From a virus (taxonomy: Duplodnaviria > Caudoviricetes): a stretch of 34,089 bases of DNA. The stretch is taken from IMG/VR virus record IMGVR_UViG_3300019996_000004, positions 1 to 34,089 of that record. One strand, given 5' to 3'. Positions 17,725-25,375 of this stretch are shown in pieces. The notes below the pieces were generated by a model that worked only from the letters and a program-made list of their open reading frames with translations, did no database searches and had not been told where the DNA came from. Made by a program: the position numbers and the translations under genes. How positions within the stretch are numbered: position 1 is the first letter of the stretch; each line of letters begins with the position of its first letter.

Positions 17725-18252
17725 TTATTCTGTTGATTTTTTAATTTCTCTTTCACTTTCTCTTTGAGCTACTTCTGATGCCAATGCAGCTCTCTTTTCA
17801 TTCTCTATTTTTTGAACTTCAATCATTTTATCTCTGTCTCTCATAAATTCTTCTTCATTTAGTTTCGTTGATGATTCTTCTTGTTCTTTCTTGTCAGCTA
17901 CGGTTCCTTTTAAAGTTCGCAGTGTATTCTGATAGAGAAGTGTTACAAGGGTGGTATATTCTTCCCAGTCTCTTGAATTAAATAGTTCTGTAGCCAATTT
18001 TATTCCTTTTTCCAGAAAAAATATTGGCGTATCCCAATAAAGGGCCATCATCGCAATATCATTGAATTTCTCCGCTTCCGATTCGTGATTAGATTTTCGT
18101 ACCACTTCATTTAATAATTCATCATGCGATTCTTTTATGTCATAACAACCATCATTTATCTTTTTTAATATCCATTCTATAACTACATTAGGTTTACTAG
18201 CCGTTGCTTTATAATTGTTCATTTCAGCCACTATTAATTTTTTATCTAACAT
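17725..18252 (-). CDS. Hypothetical protein (paralogous N-terminal domain)
   Basis: GGAGGA RBS before MLDKKLIV at 18252. Confidence 0.65.
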   Translation of the reverse strand: MLDKKLIVAEMNNYKATASKPNVVIEWILKKINDGCYDIKESHDELLNEVVRKSNHESEAEKFNDIAMMALYWDTPIFFLEKGIKLATELFNSRDWEEYTTLVTLLYQNTLRTLKGTVADKKEQEESSTKLNEEEFMRDRDKMIEVQKIENEKRAALASEVAQRESEREIKKSTE

Positions 18253-18445
18253 TTGATTCCTCCGCATATTTAACCCATATTTGCCTAAAAAGATTGTCAC
18301 TAATATGGGGATACCCATATGGTTGATAATTCTTTTTAAGTTGAAAAGACGCTGATTCTCTAAACGCTTTTGCTTCCTGGAGTTCGACAAGCTTATATTC
18401 AATTATTTTCCTATGGCACATTACTTTACCTCCACTCTCTGTCAT
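18242..18445 (-). CDS. Second DUF1737-like protein
   Basis: 'RKIIEYKLV.......K.YQPYG.P......F.Q.WVKY', similar to 15597..15779. Confidence 0.65.
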   Translation of the reverse strand: MTESGGKVMCHRKIIEYKLVELQEAKAFRESASFQLKKNYQPYGYPHISDNLFRQIWVKYAEESNVR

Positions 18446-18609
18446 GATTTATTTTCCTCTTCTACATAATCATAAAGTTTAGAATGTATTATTTCATCGA
18501 AAAGCATCAAAAATTGTTTTCTGGTAAATTCTTGTAGTTTTTGATAATCTGAATTTTCTAAGTCATATATCTTTCTCATTGCCGAAACTATTTTTTGTCT
18601 GTCTAACAT
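18442..18609 (-). CDS. Small hypothetical protein (paralogous domain)
   Basis: GGAG RBS before MLDRQKIV at 18609. Confidence 0.6.
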   Translation of the reverse strand: MLDRQKIVSAMRKIYDLENSDYQKLQEFTRKQFLMLFDEIIHSKLYDYVEEENKS

Positions 18610-18634
18610 TTTTTTCTCCATTTTATATAAAAAA

Positions 18635-18727
18635 TTAAATAACGCCCCTATTAAGTAAAACCGCAATAACACAAATAAAAATCACAAATCCCCAAATCAA
18701 AATATCTTCCACAGCTTCTCGTTTCAT
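18635..18727 (-). CDS. 30-aa single-TM peptide
   Basis: GGGAGGA RBS; MKREAVEDILIWGFVIFICVIAVLLNRGVI. Confidence 0.55.
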   Translation of the reverse strand: MKREAVEDILIWGFVIFICVIAVLLNRGVI

Positions 18728-18743
18728 AATTCCTCCCATAAAA

Positions 18744-18793
18744 TGGTGGGCATCTTTTAGAAAGATGGTTAAGCTTAAGCCTAATTGATGCCC
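18744..18793 (-). ncRNA. 50-nt tRNA-like minihelix with 3' ACCA
   Basis: GGGCATC...GATGCCC-A-CCA (7-bp perfect stem). Confidence 0.5.
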
Positions 18794-18811
18794 GTAAACT
18801 TTATTAAAAAA

Positions 18812-18945
18812 TGGTGTATCTCGGCGCGAGTCGAACCCACTACGCGTGTCATATCGCCAGTTAGCCCCTGCGGGTTCTTCGCACACATACCGCCCCTGCG
18901 TAATTCTTACGACATCTAGCGTTTCACCGTGAACGCCCGAGATAC
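18812..18945 (-). ncRNA. 134-nt tRNA-like RNA, non-canonical cloverleaf with 3' ACCA
   Basis: GTATCTCGG/CCGAGATAC-A-CCA stem; D-arm-like GCGTT-CACGGTGA-AACGC; GGTTCGACTC T-loop motif; TGTCGTA/TATGACA stem enclosing 54 nt. Confidence 0.7.
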
Positions 18946-18958
18946 ATTTTTTCATCTC

Positions 18959-19222
18959 CTAATTACTGTTTTTTTCATATACTTCCGATGCTTTCTTAAC
19001 TCTTTCATCGAGATTTAATAGTTTAAATTGTTCATATAATGTCAATCCATTAATTTTTGATAGGATTCTTGTATGTTCGATAAGAATTGAAAAAGGTATT
19101 GAAATTCCCATAGATAATTGTTCTCGAGGACAAAATGAAGTAGAATTAAGATTAATTTCTGCCTCCAAAAACTCATCTACATTCTTCGCTATTTCCTGGA
19201 CAAGTTTTTCTTTAATGTCCAT
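18959..19222 (-). CDS. Hypothetical protein
   Basis: 87 aa, TAATG-coupled to csrA. Confidence 0.65.
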   Translation of the reverse strand: MDIKEKLVQEIAKNVDEFLEAEINLNSTSFCPREQLSMGISIPFSILIEHTRILSKINGLTLYEQFKLLNLDERVKKASEVYEKNSN

Positions 19223-19443
19223 TACTTATTCCCACTTGATTCAATTTCCTCCTCAGTCCTCAAAGAATTTTTTATTCTATTTTCTAGTTGAATTTTATTG
19301 TAGATTTCTTCCCTATGGACAGAAACATTTTCTGGTGCGTTTATTCCCACTCTTACTTGAGTTCCTTTTACGCTCAATATCCTAATCTCAATATCATTCC
19401 CTATTACCAATACCTCTCCCACACGTCTCGTTAAAATAAGCAT
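19222..19443 (-). CDS. csrA: Carbon storage regulator CsrA/RsmA homolog
   Basis: [10 protein letters not shown]...[18 protein letters not shown]: near-canonical CsrA including the RNA-binding HRE arginine. Confidence 0.95.
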   Translation of the reverse strand: MLILTRRVGEVLVIGNDIEIRILSVKGTQVRVGINAPENVSVHREEIYNKIQLENRIKNSLRTEEEIESSGNK

Positions 19444-19490
19444 GAAACCTCTCCCCGTTAAAGTTTAGTTAAAATTCCATTGTCCTTTTA

Positions 19491-19558
19491 TGGCGTATCG
19501 CGCGATCGTTTCCATAATGTCATCAGTCAAATCTAAAATAGACGCCGTCACGCGATAC
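19491..19558 (-). ncRNA. 68-nt structured RNA with 3' GCCA upstream of csrA
   Basis: GTATCGCGTGA/TCGCGCGATAC 11-bp stem then G-CCA; same ATGTATC...GATACRCCAT ends as the 134-nt element. Confidence 0.55.
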
Positions 19559-19592
19559 ATATTAGTGTGTTATATTTTTTAAAACGATATTA

Positions 19593-20537
19593 TTACTTTG
19601 TTTCTTCTTCTCCAAAGAACTCTTTTGATATTTCTTCTGCTTCTTTTTTTGTTAGGTTATCTAAGTCTTCTTCTTCTTTATTGACATTCTTATTGGCTAA
19701 TTTTTTAGCTAATGATGATGTGCGCGTTTCTTCTGAATTTTTTATAGGCTCATCAGTTTTTGAAAAATTGAAAAAATCCTCTCTTTTGACAACATTGTCT
19801 TTTAATGATCTATAAACCGATCTTAAAGTAATGATTTCATCTTCAATCATTGATTCAAGTTTATGGCCCAGTTTTTCTTCAATATGATTGACTTTTATTC
19901 CAATACCATCAAAAGCCAAAACAAGGTTTCTCACTCTATCTTCAATTGGGTCTGAATTTCCCTCTTTTTGTGTTTTTTTGCACTGATCTTCTGCTGCCTC
20001 TGTAATGTCACCAGGGATGACGGCAAGAATACACGATCTTAATCGTCTTGCCCCTTGATTGGCGACGAGCTCATAAATATCTCGCGGGTCTTTAAGGTCG
20101 TAAGAACCGCTTTTTGTATATCGTTTATGAGTCACTTGAAACTCTTTGATTTCTTCAACATTATTTTCAAGGTCTATGGCAAATGCCTGTACTACTGAAA
20201 CCCCATCAGACTGGCTTATTTCTCTTATCCCAAAGCTCATATTCCCCCAATTCTGGGCTATTACTTCTGCAAGCCTAATTGATGGTCCTGTGACGACTGC
20301 GCCCCCTCTGGGATATGCGTAGATCGCTTTTTCGGCAAGACTTTTTCTCTTGCACGAATTAATTATCTTCGAAAACGCTTCGTTAATATCTCTCGGAAAT
20401 CGCTTCGCCATGATAGAACTAACCTGAACTTTAGACATCGCACGTGACTGTTCTATTTGAACCATATCAGTTGATCTTTGCTGGCTTGAAATAGCACTCA
20501 ATTCATAACTATTACTTACACTTCTTTCTTTGCTCAC
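19593..20537 (-). CDS. Putative single-strand annealing recombination protein
   Basis: 'AKRFPRD...Y.YPRGG..VTGPSIRLAE..A..WGN' phage family, adjacent to the exonuclease; function inferred from context. Confidence 0.6.
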   Translation of the reverse strand: MSKERSVSNSYELSAISSQQRSTDMVQIEQSRAMSKVQVSSIMAKRFPRDINEAFSKIINSCKRKSLAEKAIYAYPRGGAVVTGPSIRLAEVIAQNWGNMSFGIREISQSDGVSVVQAFAIDLENNVEEIKEFQVTHKRYTKSGSYDLKDPRDIYELVANQGARRLRSCILAVIPGDITEAAEDQCKKTQKEGNSDPIEDRVRNLVLAFDGIGIKVNHIEEKLGHKLESMIEDEIITLRSVYRSLKDNVVKREDFFNFSKTDEPIKNSEETRTSSLAKKLANKNVNKEEEDLDNLTKKEAEEISKEFFGEEETK

Positions 20538-21446
20538 TTAATCTCTCCTAACTCTAAATACTCTTGACTTTGATTTTTTTATGAATTTCTCATAAATATC
20601 GGGATGAACAATTTTAAATTGTGACACATCAAATCTGTTTGATTCCTGAAATTTCCAGGTGCATAATATATTTCCGAAGTCGTCTACCAAGCCTTCATGA
20701 TCTGAAATAGTTTTTTTTATTTCAAAAGACATCTTCTCTCGCTTCTCTTTTAATTGTTGAATTTCTACATCAGTTTCATTAACCAATTCAATCAATTTTT
20801 GTGTTGGCAGAGATACATTTTTCATTTTACTTTGTGTCTCAATTATCATTTTATTTAGATCATCTTCGGTTCTTGGCAGAGGAGGAACGCCCTTCAAAAC
20901 ATTATTATTCCAAAAATCATCTTCTGCCTTAATAATCAATGATTCTAAATTTTCATTTCTATTATAGGTATAAATCCTGAAATCATTTCCGCCAATCAAA
21001 ACAGCTAAATCAACGTATGGCGCATCATAAATTATGGCGTAATGAGCGCACTGGATTAAATATTCCTCAGGGAAAAAATCACTCCCATTTTCTCCCCATT
21101 TATTAGCTGATCTTGAATCGGACGTTTTACATTCAAGAACTGCGCCATCAAATGGAATAAATCCATCTATATTTGAAAGCATGAATGGATAGTGGTTGCT
21201 TTTCATTAATTTATTTTGCGTGTTAACAATTTTATTTGTCTCTTCTTCATATTTTTTAACAATTATCGGCTCTAATATATTCCCCCAATACATGTGTTGA
21301 TTTTCTTCTTGCTCAACTATGTAATCGGTTGTTTTATCAATGTATATATCAAATGGAGTTCGCCATCTCGACAATCCGCATATGGCGGCTGCATCGCTCC
21401 CGCCTATACCTTTCTTGCGCTCCCTCAGTTGTGATTCAGTTAGCAT
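20538..21446 (-). CDS. YqaJ-like viral recombinase exonuclease (lambda Exo type)
   Basis: 'RKKGIGGSDAAAI.G', 'WG..LEP', 'NIDG', 'LECKT', 'Q..HY' motifs. Confidence 0.92.
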   Translation of the reverse strand: MLTESQLRERKKGIGGSDAAAICGLSRWRTPFDIYIDKTTDYIVEQEENQHMYWGNILEPIIVKKYEEETNKIVNTQNKLMKSNHYPFMLSNIDGFIPFDGAVLECKTSDSRSANKWGENGSDFFPEEYLIQCAHYAIIYDAPYVDLAVLIGGNDFRIYTYNRNENLESLIIKAEDDFWNNNVLKGVPPLPRTEDDLNKMIIETQSKMKNVSLPTQKLIELVNETDVEIQQLKEKREKMSFEIKKTISDHEGLVDDFGNILCTWKFQESNRFDVSQFKIVHPDIYEKFIKKSKSRVFRVRRD

Positions 21447-21630
21447 ATTTATCACCCATCATCTTTATAGTGTGAAGTGAGGCTTCAAGCTTCTCTTGAC
21501 GAGAATCAAGATTGCATCTCTCATAAAATATGCTGTTAATTTCTTCTACAATAAACTTTTGATTCAAATTCATTTTTGGAAATACGTCAATTCTTTCTTG
21601 AGGTGTTACATAGTCTTTCATTGCGCTCAT
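21436..21630 (-). CDS. Hypothetical protein
   Basis: AGGAG RBS, 64 aa. Confidence 0.55.
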   Translation of the reverse strand: MSAMKDYVTPQERIDVFPKMNLNQKFIVEEINSIFYERCNLDSRQEKLEASLHTIKMMGDKYAN

Positions 21631-21680
21631 GATTAAATCTCCTAATCAACTGAACTGTCTTTAAATAAATTGTCAATGGA

Positions 21681-21887
21681 TTATTTTATTGCTATAATAG
21701 AGTTGCATACGTTACATTTATCATTGGTTATATTTAAAATTGTATTTTCTTTTTTATCGAAAATTAAATCACCATAAATACAAACCCCACACTTATAATT
21801 TTTTGTTTTTTTGTTTTTGCTTTCATTTATCAAATGTGCAAGGAAAATTTCATTTTTAGAGTTTACGCACTCAATATTCGGTAGCAT
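21681..21887 (-). CDS. Small CxxC...CxxC protein
   Basis: AAGGA RBS before MLPNIE; CGVC and CNVC. Confidence 0.5.
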   Translation of the reverse strand: MLPNIECVNSKNEIFLAHLINESKNKKTKNYKCGVCIYGDLIFDKKENTILNITNDKCNVCNSIIAIK

Positions 21888-22251
21888 AATATTTCCTTCT
21901 GTATAAAGACTCGGCATCATGTTCAATAGATTGACGATAATAAACCAAAGCATTTCTTACTATAGAATTTGATATTTTTATTGCTATTTCGTTTTTATTC
22001 TCGTCTTCCTCTTCTAGGCCCATATAAGTAGTAATAAGATCAAAAATTTCTCCATTTCCTCTGAATAAGTCAACTAAACATAAAAGGTGCATGTAGTCGG
22101 AAGATTTTATGCACGATTCTTTTTCATTCAAAAGCATATTTATAATTATGTTTCTGTAATTATCGCTATATATACTTGGCATTTCTCCTATTATTTCCAT
22201 CTCATCAACGAGCAACTCGATTAAATCTGAATAATTATTTGATGAACTCAT
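21871..22251 (-). CDS. Hypothetical acidic protein
   Basis: 126-aa ORF in the leftward operon. Confidence 0.6.
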   Translation of the reverse strand: MSSSNNYSDLIELLVDEMEIIGEMPSIYSDNYRNIIINMLLNEKESCIKSSDYMHLLCLVDLFRGNGEIFDLITTYMGLEEEDENKNEIAIKISNSIVRNALVYYRQSIEHDAESLYRRKYYATEY

Positions 22252-22253
22252 TT

Positions 22254-22502
22254 TTACGATTCCTTTTGTTTTTCTACTGAATTTACATCAATCACTAGAG
22301 TATCTATTTCTGCAACTGTTTTTTCTTGTTCAACTTCCTTTGGAATATAATTGAAATTGCCAGACTCAATTGCATTAATTATCTGCGCAACCATTTCGGA
22401 TTTCCCAATAAGCTTTGCTACCTTTATTGAATCATCCAAAGATGTATTCAAGAATTTAAGGTCATTTTTCAATACGCCAATTAACATATCTTTGTTAAGC
22501 AT
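22254..22502 (-). CDS. First early gene (paralogous domain)
   Basis: GGAG RBS; MLNKDMLI...IINAIESGNFN. Confidence 0.65.
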   Translation of the reverse strand: MLNKDMLIGVLKNDLKFLNTSLDDSIKVAKLIGKSEMVAQIINAIESGNFNYIPKEVEQEKTVAEIDTLVIDVNSVEKQKES

Positions 22503-22592
22503 TTGTGTCTTTCTCCAATAAAATTAATCATAAAAATATAGTATATGTTTTTTATTGTCGTTGTTTTTTGTCAATTTCAAATTCGTAATTGA

Positions 22593-22621
22593 ATGTTAAT
22601 ATGGGTATTGCGCTTTGTCAA
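22593..22621 (-). promoter_or_regulatory. Leftward early promoter (PL-like)
   Basis: Minus strand TTGACA, 17 nt, TAACAT. Confidence 0.55.
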
Positions 22622-22726
22622 CACATTTATGAAAAATAAATTAAAATATTTTTTTAATGAATCCTGGGTTGGATAAAATAAACGATAAATCCTCCCGTAA
22701 AAAGAGAGGATTTAAGTGATATAAAG

Positions 22727-23059
22727 TTAATTAATTTCCTTCATGCAGTCTTTTAAAACTCTCTCCCAATTGTTGGGAAAACTCTTTTTCAACATTTCAA
22801 GGCTGGACAATTCTTTTTTCTTAGGGATATATTTTTTTAGTTCTCGAGGGTTAACACCCAATATATCTGTTAACTCCAATAGATTTCGTGGGAGCATCCT
22901 TTCACCCGATTCAAGTCGACATAAAGCCGAGGGTGACATCCCAGCTTTAAAGGCTGCTTCTCTCTGCGACAATCCTTTGCTTTCACGTGCTGCCTTAAGA
23001 AACTGTCCTGGAAAGCTATAGTCTTTTGTAGTTAAAGTATATTCATTTTGCTGTCTCAT
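22727..23059 (-). CDS. XRE-family HTH repressor (CI-like, no peptidase domain)
   Basis: 'LKAARE.KGLSQREAA...GMS.S.L.RLESG'; divergent from cro. Confidence 0.85.
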   Translation of the reverse strand: MRQQNEYTLTTKDYSFPGQFLKAARESKGLSQREAAFKAGMSPSALCRLESGERMLPRNLLELTDILGVNPRELKKYIPKKKELSSLEMLKKSFPNNWERVLKDCMKEIN

Positions 23060-23110
23060 AAAGACTCCTTAATATGTATTTTAAATTTTAGAGCAAATGC
23101 AAATTAGAAA

Positions 23111-23268
23111 TGTAAGTATTTGACATTAGTACTTGTAAGCATTTGACGCCATAAACTGTAATCCAATTATGTCTATTTTGTCAACAAGGAATGTTGACAA
23201 CAATCAAACTTATTGTTGAAGCAAAATTGACTTTACAAAATTGACAAAAGGCAATATCCTCTTTTAAT
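23111..23268. promoter_or_regulatory. Switch region: operator-like repeats and rightward promoter candidates
   Basis: TGTAAGYATTTGAC x2 (23111, 23134); TTGTCAACA-AGGAA-TGTTGACAA palindrome (23178-23200); AAAATTGAC x2; TTTACA-17-TATCCT and TTGACA-16-TTTAAT. Confidence 0.6.
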
Positions 23269-23320
23269 GCGTTCATTCGAGCGCATTCACATACTAAACT
23301 TAAAAGAGAGAGTATCCGCC

Positions 23321-23656
23321 ATGCTATTAAATAAACACGATTTCCCGCCTGAAAAACATGCTTTAATTTGCGCTATAAACATCATTGGATGTCCAGCTGA
23401 AGTTGCAAAACAATTGGGTATTGCCAGACAAAATGTTGATCATTGGTTATATCATAGAAAGATTGCTCCACCAGAAAGACATTGTGATCAAATAGAAAAA
23501 GCAACAAAGGGGGTTGTCACAAAAGAAGAGCTTAGACCTGATATTTTCAAAGGAATTCCATCTAAGAAACCAACCTTTAAACAGACAAGGAAAGAGGATA
23601 TAGAGAAGGCGAAGGCTCATATAGCGGCAGCATTAAACTATATTAATGATCTATAG
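23321..23656 (+). CDS. Cro-like (YdaS family) regulator
   Basis: 'AI...G..AEVAK.LGI.RQ.V..W', 'IEKATKG.VT.EELRPDIF'. Confidence 0.88.
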   Translation: MLLNKHDFPPEKHALICAINIIGCPAEVAKQLGIARQNVDHWLYHRKIAPPERHCDQIEKATKGVVTKEELRPDIFKGIPSKKPTFKQTRKEDIEKAKAHIAAALNYINDL

Positions 23657-23668
23657 GGGCATTGAAAA

Positions 23669-24577
23669 ATGGCGGCTATTCTTTATATGCAATTTAATAT
23701 TGTTGATTACCTAGGAGACACGCAAGGTTTGACCACAATTGAGCATGGCGCTTACCTTCTTTTAATCATGAATTATTATCAAACTGGCAAAAGTTTGGTC
23801 GATAATGATCAGGTTTTGGCACAGTTTTGTCGTACTTCTGTTCAAAAATGGTTGAGAATGAAACCAACGCTTGAAAAGTTTTTTTCAATTTGTGATGGAA
23901 GATGGTATCACAAAAGGATAGAAAATGATCTGAATAAAATAGCAGAAAAGTCAATAAAATCGCGCAATGCGGCGCTGTCACGATGGGCAAATAATAGGAT
24001 AGGTGATGAGGATAAATCTACATGCGAACGCAATGCGAACGCAATGCGAACGCAATGCGAGTGCAATGCCTATAATAATAATAAAACAAATATTAAAAAG
24101 GATGTTAATAATAATAATAGCTCGGAGGGCAAAAAGACGCCCTCCGAGCTTGTGGAAATTCCAGATAACAATTTCATCTCTATTCAGCTTGTCGACAAAA
24201 CAGATTTTCATGTCACGGAAGATATCGTCCGTGAATTTGAGGGTTGCTATCCAGCGGTGAACATTCGGGAAGAACTCAAAAAGATGCGCGCCTATTTTTT
24301 TTCAAACCCGGTCAAAAGAAAAACTCGCCGAGGAATCATGAAGTCGATAAACAGCTGGCTTTCAAAAAACCAAGATTCTGGATCAAAGCAAATTCATCAA
24401 CCTTTCGCGGCGCGCCCACTTAACAACGTTCAGCATAACCAACTCGTTCTTGAAAAGATTCAGCAAGAAGAGGACGCAAAAAAACTTATGTTGGGAAGTG
24501 ATGATTTGGAAAAGCAAAGAGAAGACGAAAGAATTAGATTTATAGAAGTGATGAAGGATGCAAAAAATTATGTTTGA
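23669..24577 (+). CDS. Replication initiator, DUF1376/YdaU-type N-terminus
   Basis: 'YMQF.I.DYL.DT..LT..EHGAY.LL.M.YY' motif; internal iterons. Confidence 0.85.
   Translation: MAAILYMQFNIVDYLGDTQGLTTIEHGAYLLLIMNYYQTGKSLVDNDQVLAQFCRTSVQKWLRMKPTLEKFFSICDGRWYHKRIENDLNKIAEKSIKSRNAALSRWANNRIGDEDKSTCERNANAMRTQCECNAYNNNKTNIKKDVNNNNSSEGKKTPSELVEIPDNNFISIQLVDKTDFHVTEDIVREFEGCYPAVNIREELKKMRAYFFSNPVKRKTRRGIMKSINSWLSKNQDSGSKQIHQPFAARPLNNVQHNQLVLEKIQQEEDAKKLMLGSDDLEKQREDERIRFIEVMKDAKNYV
24022..24150. other. Probable replication origin inside the initiator gene
   Basis: ATGCGAACGCA x3 plus a degenerate 4th copy (24022-24069), AT-rich tract 24071-24118, perfect 12-bp inverted repeat 24119-24150. Confidence 0.75.
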
Positions 24578-25184
24578 TACCGACAAAAAACTTTTTTCAG
24601 AATATTTGATTGGATGTTTCCAAAATTATCGTGCAAACATTTCAGATGCCATGGTTGAGGAATGGTTTCGCGGTAAGTTGTTTGGATTTCCGTTGATGGT
24701 TGTTAAAAGCGCATTTAATAATTACGGTGAGGATTGTAAAAATAAATATCCTCCGCAACGAGCACAGATAATACAACTTTGCTATCAGCATACTTCTCAA
24801 AAGATAAACGAATCAAAAATGAACATTGGATGTATTCGTATGATTGGAGATAGAAATTGTGGGAAAGAAATTTTTGTTCATAGACATTGCGAAGAATGTT
24901 ATGAAGAACTTAGACCAAAAAACGATGTTGAAAAAATGATTATTGAGAGAAGGGAGCGCGAGATTGAGAAGGCGAAAAAATCTGGAATTGAAAATTTTGC
25001 TAAAAAAGAATTGGGGTTAACACCTCTTGGCAGAACATTTCTTGATCATGTCGAAAAAGTGCAAATCGAAAAACCGAAGACGAAAGATGAGCTCGATGAG
25101 TTTTTTAGAAATTATGAGCCATCTGTTTGTGAGCCTCACAACGACCCAAGAAATTTTGAAAAAACTCGGGAGATTCTGTCCTGA
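24570..25184 (+). CDS. Replication accessory protein (helicase loader/inhibitor-like N-terminus)
   Basis: 'W...L..F....V..AF..Y......PP..A.I' pattern; follows the initiator. Confidence 0.55.
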   Translation: MFDTDKKLFSEYLIGCFQNYRANISDAMVEEWFRGKLFGFPLMVVKSAFNNYGEDCKNKYPPQRAQIIQLCYQHTSQKINESKMNIGCIRMIGDRNCGKEIFVHRHCEECYEELRPKNDVEKMIIERREREIEKAKKSGIENFAKKELGLTPLGRTFLDHVEKVQIEKPKTKDELDEFFRNYEPSVCEPHNDPRNFEKTREILS

Positions 25185-25375
25185 GGGGTCAAATTCTGTA
25201 TTTTAGTTTGAAGCCGCTACCCCTACATAGGGTAGGTGACGTTCGTGGCTGTATTGGGTATGTATGGAGGCTTAAAGTCGATTTTTAAACATGACTTAGG
25301 GGTTAAAAATGAGTGAAGATATAAAAATGGAAAAATTATTACAAATTTTCAAGATATACCATTATAGGAGGCGCA

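Noticed and set aside
18024-18032. Another GATACGCCA on the minus strand
   Set aside because: Inside a coding region with no matching upstream stem strand seen.
18812-18945. Canonical tRNA (for example Phe via a GAA loop) or tmRNA
   Set aside because: No U33-containing 7-nt anticodon loop, too long for a tRNA, far too short for tmRNA and no G3-U70 pair.
18635-18955. 106-aa ORF across the tRNA-like elements
   Set aside because: AGGAG abuts its ATG with no spacer; only the last 30 codons have a good RBS and protein-like character; the interval is better explained as structured RNA.
19465-19560. 31-codon ORF MYRVTASILD... upstream of csrA
   Set aside because: No Shine-Dalgarno; coincides with the 68-nt stem element, though leader-peptide use is not excluded.
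25185-25300. Imperfect hairpins after the replication genes (possible single-strand origin or terminator)
   Set aside because: Stems are short and no diagnostic motif was seen; not enough to support a call.
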